A DNA stretch of 64,000 bases, from contig CAXXWC010000013.1 of the NCBI GenBank assembly GCA_963668645.2, positions 1 to 64,000 on the forward strand, given 5' to 3'. Each line of letters begins with the position of its first letter. The first letter of the stretch is position 1. The position numbers and the translations under genes are program-made. Below, piece by piece: positions 63,244 through 64,000 of the stretch. The stretch is from Desulfobacterales bacterium. Lineage in GTDB: Bacteria; Desulfobacterota; Desulfobacteria; Desulfobacterales; UBA2174. Under the pieces are notes generated by a model. It was not told the origin of the DNA. It searched no databases and saw only the letters and a list, made by a program, of their open reading frames with translations.

Positions 63244-64000
63244 GCGACAAAGCACACCTGCTGATCGTGGATGACGAGCCGGACATGCTCGAGGGGCTGC
63301 GGCGCGTTTTGGGCTATGAAATGCCCGACCTTGACGTGGCGACCTGCTGCGACGGGCGCCGTGCCATGGTCCTGGCGCGCCAGCGGCGGCCGGATCTGCT
63401 CCTGCTGGACGTACGCATGCCGCAGATCGACGGCATGGCCCTGCTCGAAACGCTTCTGGATGAGGATGCATCGCTGACCTGCATTATGATGACAGCCCAC
63501 GGTACCATCGAGCTGGCCGTCGCGGCCATCAAAGCCGGCGCCTACGACTTTATCGCCAAGCCGTTTGAAAACGAAGACCTGCTGCGCCTGCTGGCCAAAG
63601 GGCTGGAACGCAACCGCCTGATCCTGGAAAATCGCGATCTGCGCCGCCACGTGGGGGTGAGCGACTTTCACGGCATGGTGGGCCGCAGCGGGCCCATGCT
63701 CCGGCTTTTCGAGCAGATCCAGGCCACGGCGCGTTCGGACTACAGCGTCCTGATCCGCGGCGAAAGCGGCACCGGCAAAGAGCTGGCCGCCCGGGCCCTG
63801 CACCGGCTCAGCCGGCGCAGCCGGTTTCCCCTGGTAACGGTCAACTGTGCAGCGATTCCTGAACACCTGCTGGAAAGCGAGCTGTTCGGACACCGGCGCG
63901 GCGCATTTACCGGTGCGGATCGCGATCAAAAAGGGCTTTTCGAAGAGGCCGACGGCGGCACCCTGCTGCTGGACGAAATCGGCGAACTGCCGGTGGCCGT
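63240..64000 (+). CDS. NtrC-family sigma-54 response regulator (runs off the window)
   Basis: Manual translation [13 protein letters not shown]...DVRMP...GESGTGKE...[15 protein letters not shown]...LLDEIGE. Confidence 0.93.
   Translation, partial: MSDKAHLLIVDDEPDMLEGLRRVLGYEMPDLDVATCCDGRRAMVLARQRRPDLLLLDVRMPQIDGMALLETLLDEDASLTCIMMTAHGTIELAVAAIKAGAYDFIAKPFENEDLLRLLAKGLERNRLILENRDLRRHVGVSDFHGMVGRSGPMLRLFEQIQATARSDYSVLIRGESGTGKELAARALHRLSRRSRFPLVTVNCAAIPEHLLESELFGHRRGAFTGADRDQKGLFEEADGGTLLLDEIGELPVA

Noticed and set aside
62898..63471. 5' half of the 321-aa minus ORF as the radical SAM N-terminus
   Set aside because: It is the antisense of the kinase remnant and response regulator, with no CxxxCxxC.

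Overview
GC-rich bacterial DNA whose gene content (hgcA, sigma-54 regulators, PUFA-synthase-like PKS) points to an anaerobic Desulfobacterota-type organism; the taxonomy is inferred, not proven. Left to right: arsR-hgcA (mercury methylation, running off the left edge); a cobalamin riboswitch and terminator heading a 7-gene operon that joins a TonB receptor and BtuFCD-like ABC importer to a nitrogenase-like NflH/D/K reductase with DPOR-like cluster ligands (best candidate for an undescribed system); yhhQ-queF under a preQ1-I-like riboswitch; clpB; a sigma-54 activator divergent from an ~11.3 kb type I PKS/FAS whose three ACPs all carry Thr where the phosphopantetheine Ser is expected. An accessory zone (28.7-56 kb) holds Fic, a stand-alone YcaO, a polyamine-type ABC transporter, toxin-antitoxin pairs, three complete IS elements with target duplications (two break an AT-rich operon), a PPTase and a SWIM-SNF2 helicase. 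The right end has a vWA-PspA-membrane protein operon with a divergent two-component system and an NtrC-type regulator. Five otherwise intact genes carry single-base frameshifts in short runs, which may be sequencing errors. No rRNA, tRNA or CRISPR array was seen.
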